Shown here in pieces: positions 34,827 to 46,830 of a stretch of 64,000 nucleotides of DNA. The DNA is from Octopus sinensis (lineage: Eukaryota), in contig NC_043018.1 of NCBI RefSeq assembly GCF_006345805.1, forward strand, positions 9,858,001 through 9,922,000. The letters are read 5' to 3'. Position numbers and translations under genes: made by a program. Position 1 is the first letter of the stretch. Every line of letters begins with the position of its first letter. The notes beneath the pieces were generated by a model. The model saw only the letters and a program-made list of their open reading frames with translations, searched no databases and was not told where the DNA came from.

Positions 34827-36791
34827 CAGACTGCTAAAAGGGAAGCTAGGAGACAGGTTTATTTAGCCAGAGGGGAAGCAGATAAGAAAAAATTTGCCAA
34901 TGTTCTGCGCCGTGAGGACCAAAGACTGGAGGTGTTTCGCGTTGCAAGACAGTGTGTGAGAGAGAATTGTGATGTGGTGGGAGAGAAGTGTGTTCGCATG
35001 GAAGATGGTTCACTTGCGCTAAACGAGGATGCAAAGAGAGAGGCTTGGAGACGCCACTATGTAAGGTTGCTGAATAAAGAAAATGAATGGGATAAAGAGA
35101 GTCTGCCGAACGTTGACCCAACAGAGGGACCAGCTATCAGGGTTGATAGTTCCTTAGTAGCTAAGGCAATTAGAAGCATGAAGACAGGGAAAGCCCCAGG
35201 CCCATCAGGTATCACTGCAGGGATGCTCAAAATATCTGGTAGTGTCGGCTATAGCCTAGTCACCTGTATAGTTAATCAGGTGATACATGAAGGAGTCATA
35301 CCCAATGACTGGTGTAGCAGTATAATAGTCAACTGCTACAAAGGTAAAGGTGATGCCCTAGATACAAATAATTACAGAGGTATCAAGCTGTTGGATCAGG
35401 TGATGAAGGTTACAGAGAGGGTCATAAGCCAACTAATTAGAGAGAGAGTTAGTTTAGATGAGATGCAGTTTGGTTTCGTGCCAGGGAAAAGTACCACTGA
35501 TGCTATATTCCTGGTAAGGCAGCTGCAGGAGAAATACCTAGCCAAAGATAAGCCCTTGTACCTGGCTTTTGTTGACTTGGAGAAAGCCTTTGACAGGGTC
35601 CCCCGATCCCTCATATGGTGGTCAATGAGGAAACTAGGAATAGATGAATGGTTAGTGAGAGCTGTGCAAGCCATGTACAGGGACGCTGCTAGTAAGGTGA
35701 GGGTTGGAAATGAGTACAGTGAAGAATTCCGGGTAGAGGTAGGGGTCCACCAAGGCTCAGTCCTCAGCCCCCTCCTATTTATCATAGTCCTCCAGGCAAT
35801 AACGGAGGAATTCAAGACAGGATGCCCCTGGGAGCTCCTCTATGCTGATGACCTTGCTCTAATTGCTGAGTCATTATCAGAACTGGAGAAGAAGTTTCAG
35901 GTGTGGAAGCATGGTTTAGAATCGAAGGGCCTTAGAGTCAACCTAGCTAAAACCAAAGTCCTAATAAGTAGGAAGGTAGACAAATCACAAACGCCTTCAG
36001 GTAGATGGCCCTGCTCGATCTGTAGAAAAGGTGTAGGTAGAAACTCTATAAGATGCACCAAGTGTAAGCTATGGACACATAAGAGGTGCAGCAATGTCAT
36101 AGGAAGGCTAACTAGGAAGATGGTTTTTGTATGTGGCAGATGCTCGGGAGCATTAACCTCTGAAAATCTGCAGAAAACAACTTCCATCACTTTCCAGGGG
36201 GAAAAACTAGAAGTAGTTGATAGCTTCCATTATCTTGGTGACCAAGTCAGTAGTGGGGGTGCTGAAAGTGTAACGGCTAGAGTAAGAATAGCCTGGGCAA
36301 AGTTTAGGGAGCTCTTACCTCTGTTGGTGACTAAAGGCCTCTCGCTCAGAGTAAAAGGCAGACTGTATGATGCATGTGTACGAACAGCCATGCTACATGG
36401 CAGTGAAACATGGGCCGTGACTGCTGAGGACATGCGTAAGCTCACGAGAAACGAAGCCAGTATGCTCCGTTGGATGTGTAATGACAGTGTTCATAGTCGA
36501 CAGAGTGTAAGTACCTTGAGAGAAAAGTTGGACCTAAGAGGAATCAGATGTTGTGTGCAAGAGAGACGATTGCGCTGGTATGGTCATGTGGTGAGAATGG
36601 ACGAAGATAGGTGTGTGAAAAAGTGCCACACCCTGGCAGTTGAGGGGACCTGTGGAAGAGGTAGACCCAGGAAAACCTGGGTCGAGGTGGTGAAGCACGA
36701 CCTTCGAACTCTAGGTCTCACCAAGGAAATGACCAGAGACCGAGACCTATGGAAGTATGCTGTGCGTGAGAAGACCCGGCAAGACCAGTGA
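34824..36791 (+). CDS. RTE LINE ORF (partial): reverse transcriptase + PHD-type finger; endonuclease domain missing
   Basis: Motifs YRGIKLL, QFGF.PGKSTTDAIF, AFVDLEKAFDRVP, GVHQGSVLSPLLF, YADD (35841-35852), RRLRWYGHV; 655 codons without a stop. The ORF-track start at 34782 lies in the TA repeat and is spurious. Confidence 0.92.
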
Positions 36792-36838
36792 GAACAATCA
36801 AAATCAAATCATATATCAGAAAGCAGGGGTTAAGTGAC

Positions 36839-37370
36839 CCATCCGTTCGTGTCCACTGTCAGCCTCATCTGGCACCTGTGCCGGTGATACGTAAAAAGCA
36901 CCATTCGCTCGTGGCCGTTTGCCAGCTCTGCCTGGCCCCGTGTCGGTGGCACGTAAAAGCACCATCCGATCGTGTTCGTTGCCAGCCTCGCCTGGCCCCG
37001 TGCCGGTGCGTTCGTGGCCGTTTGCCAGCTCTGTCTGGCCCCGTGTCGGTGGCACGTAAAAGCACCATCCGTTCGTGGCCGTTTGCCAGCTCTGTCTGGC
37101 CCCATGTCGGTGGCACGTAAAAGCACCATCCGTTCGTGTCCGTTGCCAGCCTCGGCTGGCCCCCGTGCCGGTGACACGTAAAAGCACCGTCCGTTCGTGG
37201 CCGTTTGCCAGCTCTGTCTGGCTCCGTGTCGGTGGCACGTAAAAGCACCATCCGTTCGTGTCCGTTGCCAGCATCGCCTGGCCCCGTGCCGGTGACACGT
37301 AAAAGCACCATCCGTTCGTGGCCGTTTGCCAGCTCTGTCTGGCACCTGTGCAGGTGGCACGTAAAAAACA
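36839..37370 (+). repeat. Minisatellite of nine 60-61-bp units of two variant types inside the LINE 3' UTR
   Basis: Units start ccatccgttcgtg and end cacgtaaaagca; order B A B A A B A B A. Confidence 0.95.
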
Positions 37371-38759
37371 CCCACTACACTCGCGGAGTGGTTGGCGTTA
37401 GGAAGGGCATCCAGCCGTAGAAACACTGCCAGATCTGACTGGGCCTGACGAAGCCTTCCAGCTTCACAGACCCCAGTTGACCCGTCCAACCCATGCTAGC
37501 ATGGAAAGCGGACGCTAAACGATGATGATGATATATATACAAAATGAGATTCTTTCAGTTTCCATCTACCAAATCCACTGACAAGGCTTTGGTTGGCCTG
37601 GGGCTATAGAAACGTGGACTGGGTGCTCTTTTCCATGACACCAGCACCATTGAGATCACTGTGCATTTTGCAAGACTATGCACCCCTAGGGGAGGTTGGG
37701 TGGAGGCAGCTTCATGCTAGGGGACTACTATGAGAAGTGGAGTGGGGGTCAAACAGGTTCTTGTAAGAGAAAGAGAGAGAGAGAGATCAGTAGGAGCTGC
37801 AAAAGAAAATGGCAATGAGGTACCCAGGTAGCTCCACAAGGCACAATTAGAAGTGGGTGTGTGGGTAGGTTGCAAGATTGCATGAGGGAATGGGGGGGGA
37901 GGGACAAAATGGGTAGGATTGAAGGATGAATGAACAAAGAACCATGAAGTGGTGAAGATGGAGGGATGCAGAAGAGGGAGTGGAGATGGGTTTGAGGGGC
38001 AGGAGTAGTAAAGATAATACAGCTGCCAGGGAGGGGGAAAGAGGCAGGTATTATGCTTGGGAGAGAGGGGACGAATCATTGAAACATGGATGGAGAGCAT
38101 GAAACACAGCAGTTACAGAACTTGGTTTCACTGAGGAGGGGTGGGGGTTCGTTTCAAGAACCTCCTATCATCAGAGATCCTAATCTTTTGTCATCTCTGT
38201 AAGGCTCAGGGTCTTGAAGTCAGCCACTTCATCCCACGTCTTCCTAAGTCTCCTTCTGCAAGTTTCAGCTACATCAAGTGATTGGCATTCCCTTATACAG
38301 TTGTCCTCACGTGACCAGACAACTGTTATGCCATAGGAATGAATACTGATGTTGTGCTCAGATAATGATTTTATTAACGAATGAAAAATATTGCAATATT
38401 TCCGAAACGAAGTGTAAAATGGTAAAATGTAATTCCAATTGGACACCATATAAATGAATAAGATTCTACCAGAAACAAGCGCCAAGAGGTGAGAAAGAAT
38501 AAAATCATAAAATGAGAATGTATAAAAAATGTCAGCTGATGGAGTCAATAAAGTGTTACACGATTGGTGAATAGGAATTGGCAAAAAGATAAAAGATGTG
38601 GGAAGAGGAAAATGTCACATGACAGAATTGTGTCACATGATTGGACGAACTAAAATAGACCATAAACAATGTTCTCTGTCTCACATAGCGTCACAGTTTT
38701 GTTTCTTAAACCCAACATCTTATTCTTCTTATGTCCAGTTTTTCACTCAGCACTTTTGT

Positions 38760-40570
38760 ACAAATTCTTTCACATACACACACACACACACTTTGTACAT
38801 TCAAGGGAGTATGCTCACTTATGTCTTTCCACTCTTCTCAAGGCCAATGTCTCATTGCCATGCAGCATTGCAGTTCTAACACAGGCATCGTACAATCCAC
38901 TCTTCACCTTTGTCTACAGTGGATGGTAGCTTCCTGAACTTTAACCATTTCTTACCTGAGCTACTATACTTTCAGAACAATCACCTGTTTCTTTATTACC
39001 CACAAGGGGCTAAACATAGAGGGGACAAACAAGGACAAACGGAATAAGTCGATTACATCGACCCCAGTGCATAACTGGTACTTTATTTATCGACCCAGAA
39101 AGGATGAAAGGCAAAGTCGACCTCGGCGGAATTTGAACTCAGAACGTAGCGACGGGCGAAATACCGCGAAGCACTTCACCTTCAGAACAACCACCTGCCT
39201 TGCTAATTACATCTTCTGGGTCACAAAAGCTACCAACTACTTTTAATGAGCTATCCAGGCATTTAAGGGGTTAACTGTTTGGTGTGCTTGTAGGTACTAT
39301 TCCAGGGCATCTATCACATATGAAGATTACATTTTTGGATAGTCTGCCAGTAATTCCACGATGTCTGTGTGTCCATAGATTACATTGAGTACAGAATTTA
39401 TACTTAGCCCTTTTTTATGCATTGAGCAGGGCTGTTTCCCTGAAGGTATCAGGCTCCTGTCTTCTTTCCTTCTAACACCTTCCTCTTTGCCACATTTACC
39501 TTAAGGCTCTTCAATTCCAGGTTTAGCTTCCATACCTGGAATTTCTTCTCTAATTCTCCTGTAGATTCAGCTATGAGAACTTGATTCCCAGCAAATAGGA
39601 ATTCTCATGGACAGTCAGTCTTAAGTAATTCTGTAATAGCTTGTAAGTCTATGATGAGTAAGAGAGGACGAAACCTTAATGTCTTACTTCAGTCTTGAAG
39701 CCGTTGCCAACTCTCACTTTACTTACTGCATCCTTGTACATGGCTTGAATCACTTGCACAAGGCATTCATCAGCTCCTAGTTTCCTTAGAACCCACTGAA
39801 TTACTGAATGCAGTTCCTTGTCAAATGCTTCTGCCAAATTAACAAAAGCCAAGAATAGCAGTTTATTCTTAGCCAGGTATTTCTCCTGCAGTTGCCTCAC
39901 TAGGAAGATTGCATCTACATCTACAGTACCTTCTCTGATGACAAAACCTTACTGCATCTCATCCAGATCTATTCTATCAGGATAAGATGGGCAATGACTT
40001 ATTCTTGTGACCTTCATCACTTGATCTACAAGTTTGACACCCTCCACTTGCTTCTCTCTAAGGCACCACATTTTCCCTTCTAGCTGCTTGGCCAATCACT
40101 GGATATGACATCCTCCTGAATGACTTGACCAACTATCCTGGTGGTAACCTTATATTCCACTTCCTCAGATATTTTAAGCATCTCAGCAGTGATCCCTAAT
40201 GAACTCCCAGCTTTCCCTTCCTTGATTACTTTATCTACCACACTGCTGTCAACTTGAATTGCTAATCCCTCTACTGGGTCATGAGATAATCTCTGTTTAT
40301 CCCATGCATCTCTATGCTCAGCAGCCTTTCATAATAGCACTTTCACACCAATTTCTTCTGTTAATGGTTAGGTTGCCCTCATCATTCCAAAACATTTCTT
40401 GTCTCTGATCCTTGAGCTGCAGGACATATGCCAATCTCCTCTTTTCCACACCATCTTTAGACAAGTACACCTCCCAATACTAAGACGGCATTCATATCAT
40501 TAATGCCACCACCCTCCTAGTCTTTCTAAGCCAGTTTCTTAGCCTTGGCTGCCGTATCAACCTTATTCTA
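38760..40570 (-). pseudogene. Decayed RTE LINE RT region, interrupted by a SINE at ~38985-39180
   Basis: RQLQEKYLAKNKLLFLAFVNLAEAFDK (39676-39900) and other RT-like blocks on the minus strand. Confidence 0.8.
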
Positions 40571-41492
40571 CCACCATGCATCAGTTAGCTGTCAATAAGA
40601 CAGAAAAGAAAAGCATACTCCAAGAGAAAAACTGAATGGCTATAATTCTATTCTGTTGAGCAGTATATTCCAGGTTATGGTCCAAAGTTTACCAATGGCT
40701 TTGTGCTGACTATTGCTCTTGGTAATATTGGTTTCAAATTTTGGCACACAGCTAGAATGTTGGTGAAGGGGTTAAGATGATTACATCGACCCCAGTGCAT
40801 AACTGGTACTTATTTTATTGATCCTGAAAGGATGGAAAGCTAAGTCAACCTTGGCAGAATTTGAACTCAGAACATGTGGACAGACGAAGTGCCAACAATT
40901 CTGCCAGTAACATTGGAGACTCTTTTCAGACTTGCTGACTAGAAGTGCACGGCCTCTTTTATACAGTCATGGTTCACTTGGTGACGATTAAAACTGAAAT
41001 GTAAAAAGTGATGAAAAGTTTTAACCTTTTCCAGGAGAGAATGAAGAATTACCTCCCATGGGAGGATGTCAGCTGTGCATGTGTACGTTTTCTATTCTCT
41101 AGTCTGAAAAAGGAGGTGACTACATGGCCAAATCAGATTCGTCCCATGGGAGGCAGCTCTTCTTTCCTTCCAAGAAATTGTTCTAATTTTTACATCACTT
41201 TTTCTTCCAATTTTTACCACTACTGAGTGACCCAGATCTATATATATTTAACCCCTGCAGTAAAGAGGTCATAGGCCATGTACGTCTGGCCAGCCTACCT
41301 CAAAAATTGTCCATAAGTCCCAAGTGTAATAGTCTCAGTCTGAAACCATTGGTAACATTCTGACCAGTCATATACCACAGCCTGCAATTTACTGCTTGAC
41401 ATAGAAAAAATGCTAAAATGATCCAATAGTACTCCATCTGGTGAGAGATAATTACTCCATCCAGTGAAAGATAAATATCAATTTAAATACAC

Positions 41493-42570
41493 AACTGAAA
41501 GAGCTACCGACAGTTTCATGCTTCAATGTTACTTGAACAGGAATATCTATAAAATACGCCATGTATCTTAAAGCAATCTTTCAGTCTCTGCTTATGTAAG
41601 GACCCTGGACAGTAAGAAAAAATGTGAAGAAGGTTGGTGCAAAAAATGGAATGAGAAAAAGGAAATGAAATCAAGAAAACTAAGATCCTTGCAGACTTTG
41701 ACATATTTTCTGTTATTGTGTTGTAAACCAGAAATATTTAATGAACTTTCTGCAATGAAGGAGGATGAGGATCTTAGTTTTTATCGATTTTGTTTCTGAT
41801 GTAGGGAAAATGGTACTCCCCTTCCCACATGACAAAGTGGTATGAACCAGCCACTATAAAGTCAGACAGTCAGTTGTTGTAGGAGGTCAGTAGCAGTAGA
41901 GTCATTGTATGAGTTCTCAGATGGAGTCAGTGTCAGTTATGTGTTATACACGAGTTCGAATTACTGTCAAGGTAGATGTTTCAAAGTTATTATATTGCAG
42001 AACTCTCAGCGGTTGCATGATAGACCAGTCAAAGATAATAAGATGCTGAATACCACCACAACATAAATAGTGGGGACAAGAATATTATGGTGCCGATAAT
42101 AACATACAAGTGGATGAGGATCCTCGTTATAACAGTGGCAATGACGATATAAACAACTCATGCCGACAACCCTGAAAAAAAAATTTTTTCACAAGAGAAC
42201 AAACGATTCACACAGATGATGCTGAAATTTTTTTTCGCGTAGAGAAATTAAAAACTCAACAGAGGAGTAACAAACATTCCCACGTGACAAAGTGGTATGA
42301 TCCAGCCACTTTAAAGTCAGAATATTACGGCGCCGACAAGAACATACAAGAGGATGAGGATCCACATTATAACAGTTTCATTTTTCACGTTCCAACCTTA
42401 CGTTTTTTACATTTTTAAAAAATTTTCTTACTGTCCACTGTCCTTGTTTTTAAAATATACATAACACATAAACAGACCTTGAAAGATTGCTTTAAGATAT
42501 AGGGCATATTTTATAAATATATCTGTTCAAGTATCATAAAAACATGAATCTATTAGTAGCTCTTTCAGTT
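41493..42570. mobile_element. ~1.08-kb element with ~130-150-bp terminal inverted repeats, superfamily unassigned
   Basis: aactgaaagagctac...ggacagtaagaaaa (41493-41626) vs reverse complement at 42421-42570. Confidence 0.7.
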
Positions 42571-42985
42571 CATCATCATCATCATTTAGCGTGCGCTTTC
42601 CATGCTAGCATGGGTTGGATGGTTCAACTGGGGTCTGGGAAGCCAGAAGGCTGCGCCAGGCCCAGTCTGATCTGGCAATGTTTTTACGGCTGGATGCCCT
42701 TCCTAACGCCAACCCCTCCGTGAGTGTAGTGGGTGCTTTTTACATGCCACCGGCACAGGTGCCAGACGGGGCTGGCAAACGTCCACGGTCGGATGGTGCT
42801 TTTTACGTGCCACTGGCACGGGGGCCATGCTAGGCTGGCAACGGCTACGATCGGATGGTGCTTTTTACGTGTCACCGGCACGGAGGCCAGGCGAGGCTGG
42901 CAACGTCCACAATTGGATGGTGCTTTTTACGTGCCACCGGCACTGGTATCACAGCTACAATTTCCATTGATGTTGATCGATATAT
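42571..42985 (-). mobile_element. RTE 3' UTR-only copy carrying ~3.5 array units
   Basis: (cat)n tail, shared tail sequence, repeated gatggtgctttttacgtg. Confidence 0.8.
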
Positions 42986-42989
42986 ATAT

Positions 42990-43245
42990 TACGGACATGT
43001 ACTTGCATAGCAAGTGACTTGATCTGAGATCATGTGCTGAAACAAAAACAATTTCAGCATGGAATGTTTTTATACGCCATTTAAAAACATAAAAACCATT
43101 AGATTCACATCAACATTTAAATTTAATTTGTTAAAATATTTTCATCGCTTTGAAACTGCAACCTGTTCACTGAGAAAATTCTGTGGTGCACAGAATGTAT
43201 GCTTTTAAATGGCGCATAAACACCTTTCATGCTGCAATTGTTTAT
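42990..43245 (-). mobile_element. Second copy of the same element with a short terminal inversion (43052-43090 vs 43198-43243)
   Basis: Homology to 11943-12172; inverted duplication tttaaatggcg/cgccatttaaa. Confidence 0.55.
43127..43177 (-). ncRNA. Second, decayed copy of the G3/C8 hammerhead-like motif
   Basis: UUUCUCA GUGAACA G GUUGC aguuucaaa GCGAU GAA AAUAUU U UAACAAA; same length and core, stem I has two mismatches. Confidence 0.5.
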
Positions 43246-43309
43246 TTATATATATATATATCTCAACTGATGCCCTATAGTCTGGGCTGGCTGATGACTG
43301 GAAGGACCA

Positions 43310-45290
43310 ATTTTATAAGGTCCTTTGCAGACTACAACAACAAATGACAGCAGCTTGGTTATTGTGGCTGTTAACCTCCATAGACAAGTTGGGCAGCACC
43401 CTCACAGATTTCATGGTGTGCATGGTGGTTATAGAAATGGCTCTAGAAATGAGGAGGGAACAAGGCTGCTGGAGTTCTGTGATGTAAATGATCTCATGAT
43501 GATCTGCAACACTAACTTCAGGAAACCGGCCAGCCATCTGATCACCTATCAGTCTGGTGGGCACAGAAGCTGAATTGATAACAGCCTCACCAGACAATGA
43601 GACGGCTGATTACAAATGCAATGTCTTACCCAGGTTGAAGAATGTATAACCCAACATAGGTTACTAGTTAATGATTTCAAAATCAGAGCTGGAGGGGTTT
43701 GGAGAAATAAACCAATCTGAAAAAGGTTACGGAAGCTCAAAGTCCCAGCGAACTGACAAAAATGTAGAGATATCCCAATGGAAGTTTCTGACAGGAAGGA
43801 GGAGGAGTTGGGGACATTTAGCTTAAAAGGACAATTAGAATTTCCTGCAGGACAACCCACCAAGGGCCACAGACCGAATCTGTGGCTGGTGCAAAGTCCC
43901 AGTCAGGCCAAGGGTGACATGTTTCATGGAATGAGGATGTAGACAGTGCTATAAAAGCAAAGAGACAAGGCTGGAAAAATGGTGGAAGCCAAGAATTCTA
44001 TCATGTAGCCAGAAGGGAAGCTGGATGACAGGTTTCCATAGCAAAAGGAAGAGCTAAACTAATGTTTTACAGCATGAGGACCAGAAGTGTGAGGTATTCA
44101 TCAGGATTGCAAGGCAGAGTATTAGAGAGAATAGAGATGTGGTGGGTGAGAAATGTGTGCGAATGGATGAATGTATGTTTGCACTTTGTGACTCGGAGAA
44201 GAAAGATGTGTGGAAGTGCCACTATGAAGGGTTACTAAAAGTGGAAAATGCCTCAGAGAAGGAGAGAATTCTAAATATGGGACCAACTGCAGAACTAGCC
44301 ATCAGAGTTGACAGCAGTATGATAGATAAGGAAATTAAGGATACAAAGTCAGCAAATGCCCCTCAAGGATCACTGTTGAGATGCTTAAAATGTCTAGCAG
44401 AGTAGGATATGGACTGGTCACTTGTATAGTTAATCAGGTTATCCAGGAAGGCAGCTTCCCCCAATGACTGGTGTAGTAGTATTACAGTCAGCTGCTACAA
44501 GGGTTAAGATGATGCTTTAGAGAGAAACAGCTACAGAGATATCAAACTACTGGATCAGGTCATGAAAGTTACAGAGAAAATTATAGCTCGATTAGGAAAA
44601 GAATTAAACTAGATGAGATGCAGTTTGGTCTTGTGCCTGGGAAGAGTACCACAGACGCCATCTTCCTAGTGAAACAGCTGCAGGAGAATATAAACCATTG
44701 TACATGGCTTTCGTCAACCTGAGAAAGCTTTCGATAGAGTTTCCTCACTCTGTTGTCTAACAGTCTTTAAGACAGCGAGGAGTAAATGAGTGACTTGTTA
44801 GAGCTGTACAAGCCATGTATAGTGGTGCTGTAAGGTGAGAGTTGGCCATGAATAGGGAATTTAGTGTACAAGCAGGGGTCCCCCGGGGCTCAGTTCTCAG
44901 TCCGCTCTTGTTCATAGTCCTCCAGGCCATAACAGAGGAATCTATAACTAGCTACCAGTGGGGGGGACTACCATATGCTGATGACCTCACTCTTATTGCA
45001 GAATCTGTAGCAGAAGTGGAGAAGAAATTTCAGGTATCGAAGCAAAACCCGGAATCAAAGGGCCTTAGAATTAACCTAGTGAAGACTGATGTTGTTGGCA
45101 ACAAAGTGGATAAGACTCTCTTTCCATCAGGTAAATGACCCTGCTCAATATGTAGGAAGAAATCCCATTCATTGCACCAAATGCAAGTTATGGACACCTA
45201 AGAGGTGCAGCAGAATCACAGGTAGGGCAACTGAGAAAGTCGTCTTCGTATGTGGCAAATGTATAGGAAATATAAATACCCAGTCATGTA
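43310..45290 (+). pseudogene. Decayed RTE LINE with APE endonuclease remnant through RT and PHD
   Basis: HGGY.NGSRNEEGTRLLEFC..NDLMICNTNFRKPASHLITYQSGG, PYADDL, CTKCKLWT.KRC; multiple frameshifts and stops. Confidence 0.85.
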
Positions 45291-46259
45291 CACAACCATA
45301 GACTCTCTGCATTTATCCTTTCAGCATTTAAAATGGCCATATCCAGCCCATATTCTCAGTTTTATTTTCAGACCAGCCAGATCCAGCCTCTTACACCTAC
45401 CCTACAACACCATTCTAAAAATAAACATCACTGAAATTGCTTAGTGACAAGGTAATGCATGATTAATTCAAAGCAATGTAAAAAATAAAGTAAGTATCAA
45501 ATTAGACAGAGGAACCTGGATGCTGAAGGATTAAGGCTCAGATCTCACTGACATGCAGCATCATGCTTTATGCACAAGTATCACACAATCTACCTTTCAC
45601 AGAGAGAGAGAGAGAGGGGGGGACCCTTTGTTGCTAGCAGAGATAATAGCTTTTTGGACTTTTTCCAATGAGTTTTCATTCTCCCTATTACTATGCTCTC
45701 AAAACAGTCCCCACCACTGCTGATTAGGTCTCTTAAGTAATAGAAGCTATCAACATCTTAAGGGATACCTAGGCATTAGAGGAAATCAATTTTGAAAGCA
45801 CTCTAAATGCATAGGGCTCTTGTGCCCCTGCCATGTAAATTTCCCCTTCTCTGTTAGCCTATCTGCAATCCCACCATACTTCTTGTGTATCAACAGTTCA
45901 CAATGGTGACACTGTATAAAATTCCTCCACACTCCTCCAGAATATCATGGGTGGTCATCTCCCTGATGGTTGCAAGGGGCTGTCTTTCTAATTTCTTCTA
46001 GGTTCAGCTAGAAGAGTTAGGTCACCAATACAAGAAGGATTTTCAAGAGCAACCAATCTTAAACTCTTCTGCTATGACTTGAAGGATTAGAATAAAGAGA
46101 AGGGTGATGACTGAGCCACGATGCATACCCACCTTCATGTTGGATCCCTTTGCTATTGTCATCACAAACTCACATCTTTCTGACAACACTTCTGAACCTG
46201 GTTTCTACAGCTCCCACATGCTATTTGTCTACTCCAAGCTTTCTCAGTGACCACCAACT

Positions 46260-46600
46260 CACATCAGGGAACCCTTTCAAAGGCCTTCTCTAGATCAACA
46301 AATGCCAACTAAGGGGCTTTATTCCTTGCTAGATATTTCTGTTGCTGTCTTATAAGGAAGATAGCAGCCACAGTACTTTCAGTGACCATAATCTCACAGA
46401 TTGGAGGAACCCTATCAAAAGGCTCCTCTAGATCAACAAATGCCAAGTAAGGGGACTTATTCTTGGCCTAGATACTTCTGCAGTGGCCTAACTAGGAAGA
46501 TAGCATCCATGGTACGTCTTCCTGGCACAAAACCAAACTGCATTGCATCTATATTCTCTTCCTGATCAATTGTGCTACGATTCTTGATATAATCTTCAAA
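46260..46600 (-). pseudogene. Two adjacent decayed RTE RT fragments covering the same motif
   Basis: DAMQFGFVPGRRTMDAIFLVRPLQKYL; ctctagatcaacaaatgcc occurs twice. Confidence 0.7.
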
Positions 46601-46639
46601 AGCTGATCGACCAGTTAGTAATAATGATAATAATAATAA

Positions 46640-46830
46640 TATCATGCATTATCCTCAAACACTGCAGTCCAGAGATAACCCATAAACTCATCAAAACTGT
46701 CAACATCTCCATCTTTGCAGGGATCTATACTGATCTTTGGAAACACACTAAAGTGTATCGTACTCCTAAGAACAGGGCTAGCATTAAGAAATGCAGGGGG
46801 CCAATTAGAGAATTGTCAGTGAGAACCCTC
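46640..46830 (+). pseudogene. CR1/Jockey-like LINE fragment, pre-RT region
   Basis: ILKHCSPEITHKLIKTVNISIFAGIYTDLWKHTKVY resembles VLK.CAPEL...L..LFN.S...G..P..WK.A.V. Confidence 0.5.

Larger units (their letters stand above)
34824..37532 (+). mobile_element. Young 5'-truncated RTE-clade LINE including 3' UTR array and (GAT)n tail, inserted in a (TA)n tract
   Basis: Open RT ORF, 3' UTR, ends ggacgctaaac(gat)4; TA repeats on both sides. Confidence 0.9.

Noticed and set aside
36839-37370. CRISPR-like array
   Set aside because: No unique spacers; whole units are near-identical variants of two types, in a eukaryotic LINE 3' UTR with no cas genes.
37418-37452. GAAAC...CTGACGA resembling a type II hammerhead in the LINE tail
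   Set aside because: No stem III or stem I can form, and other tail copies read ctggtgcagc at this position.
36816-37489. Long overlapping ORFs on both strands
   Set aside because: By-product of the GC-rich tandem array; frames shift with the 60/61-bp units.
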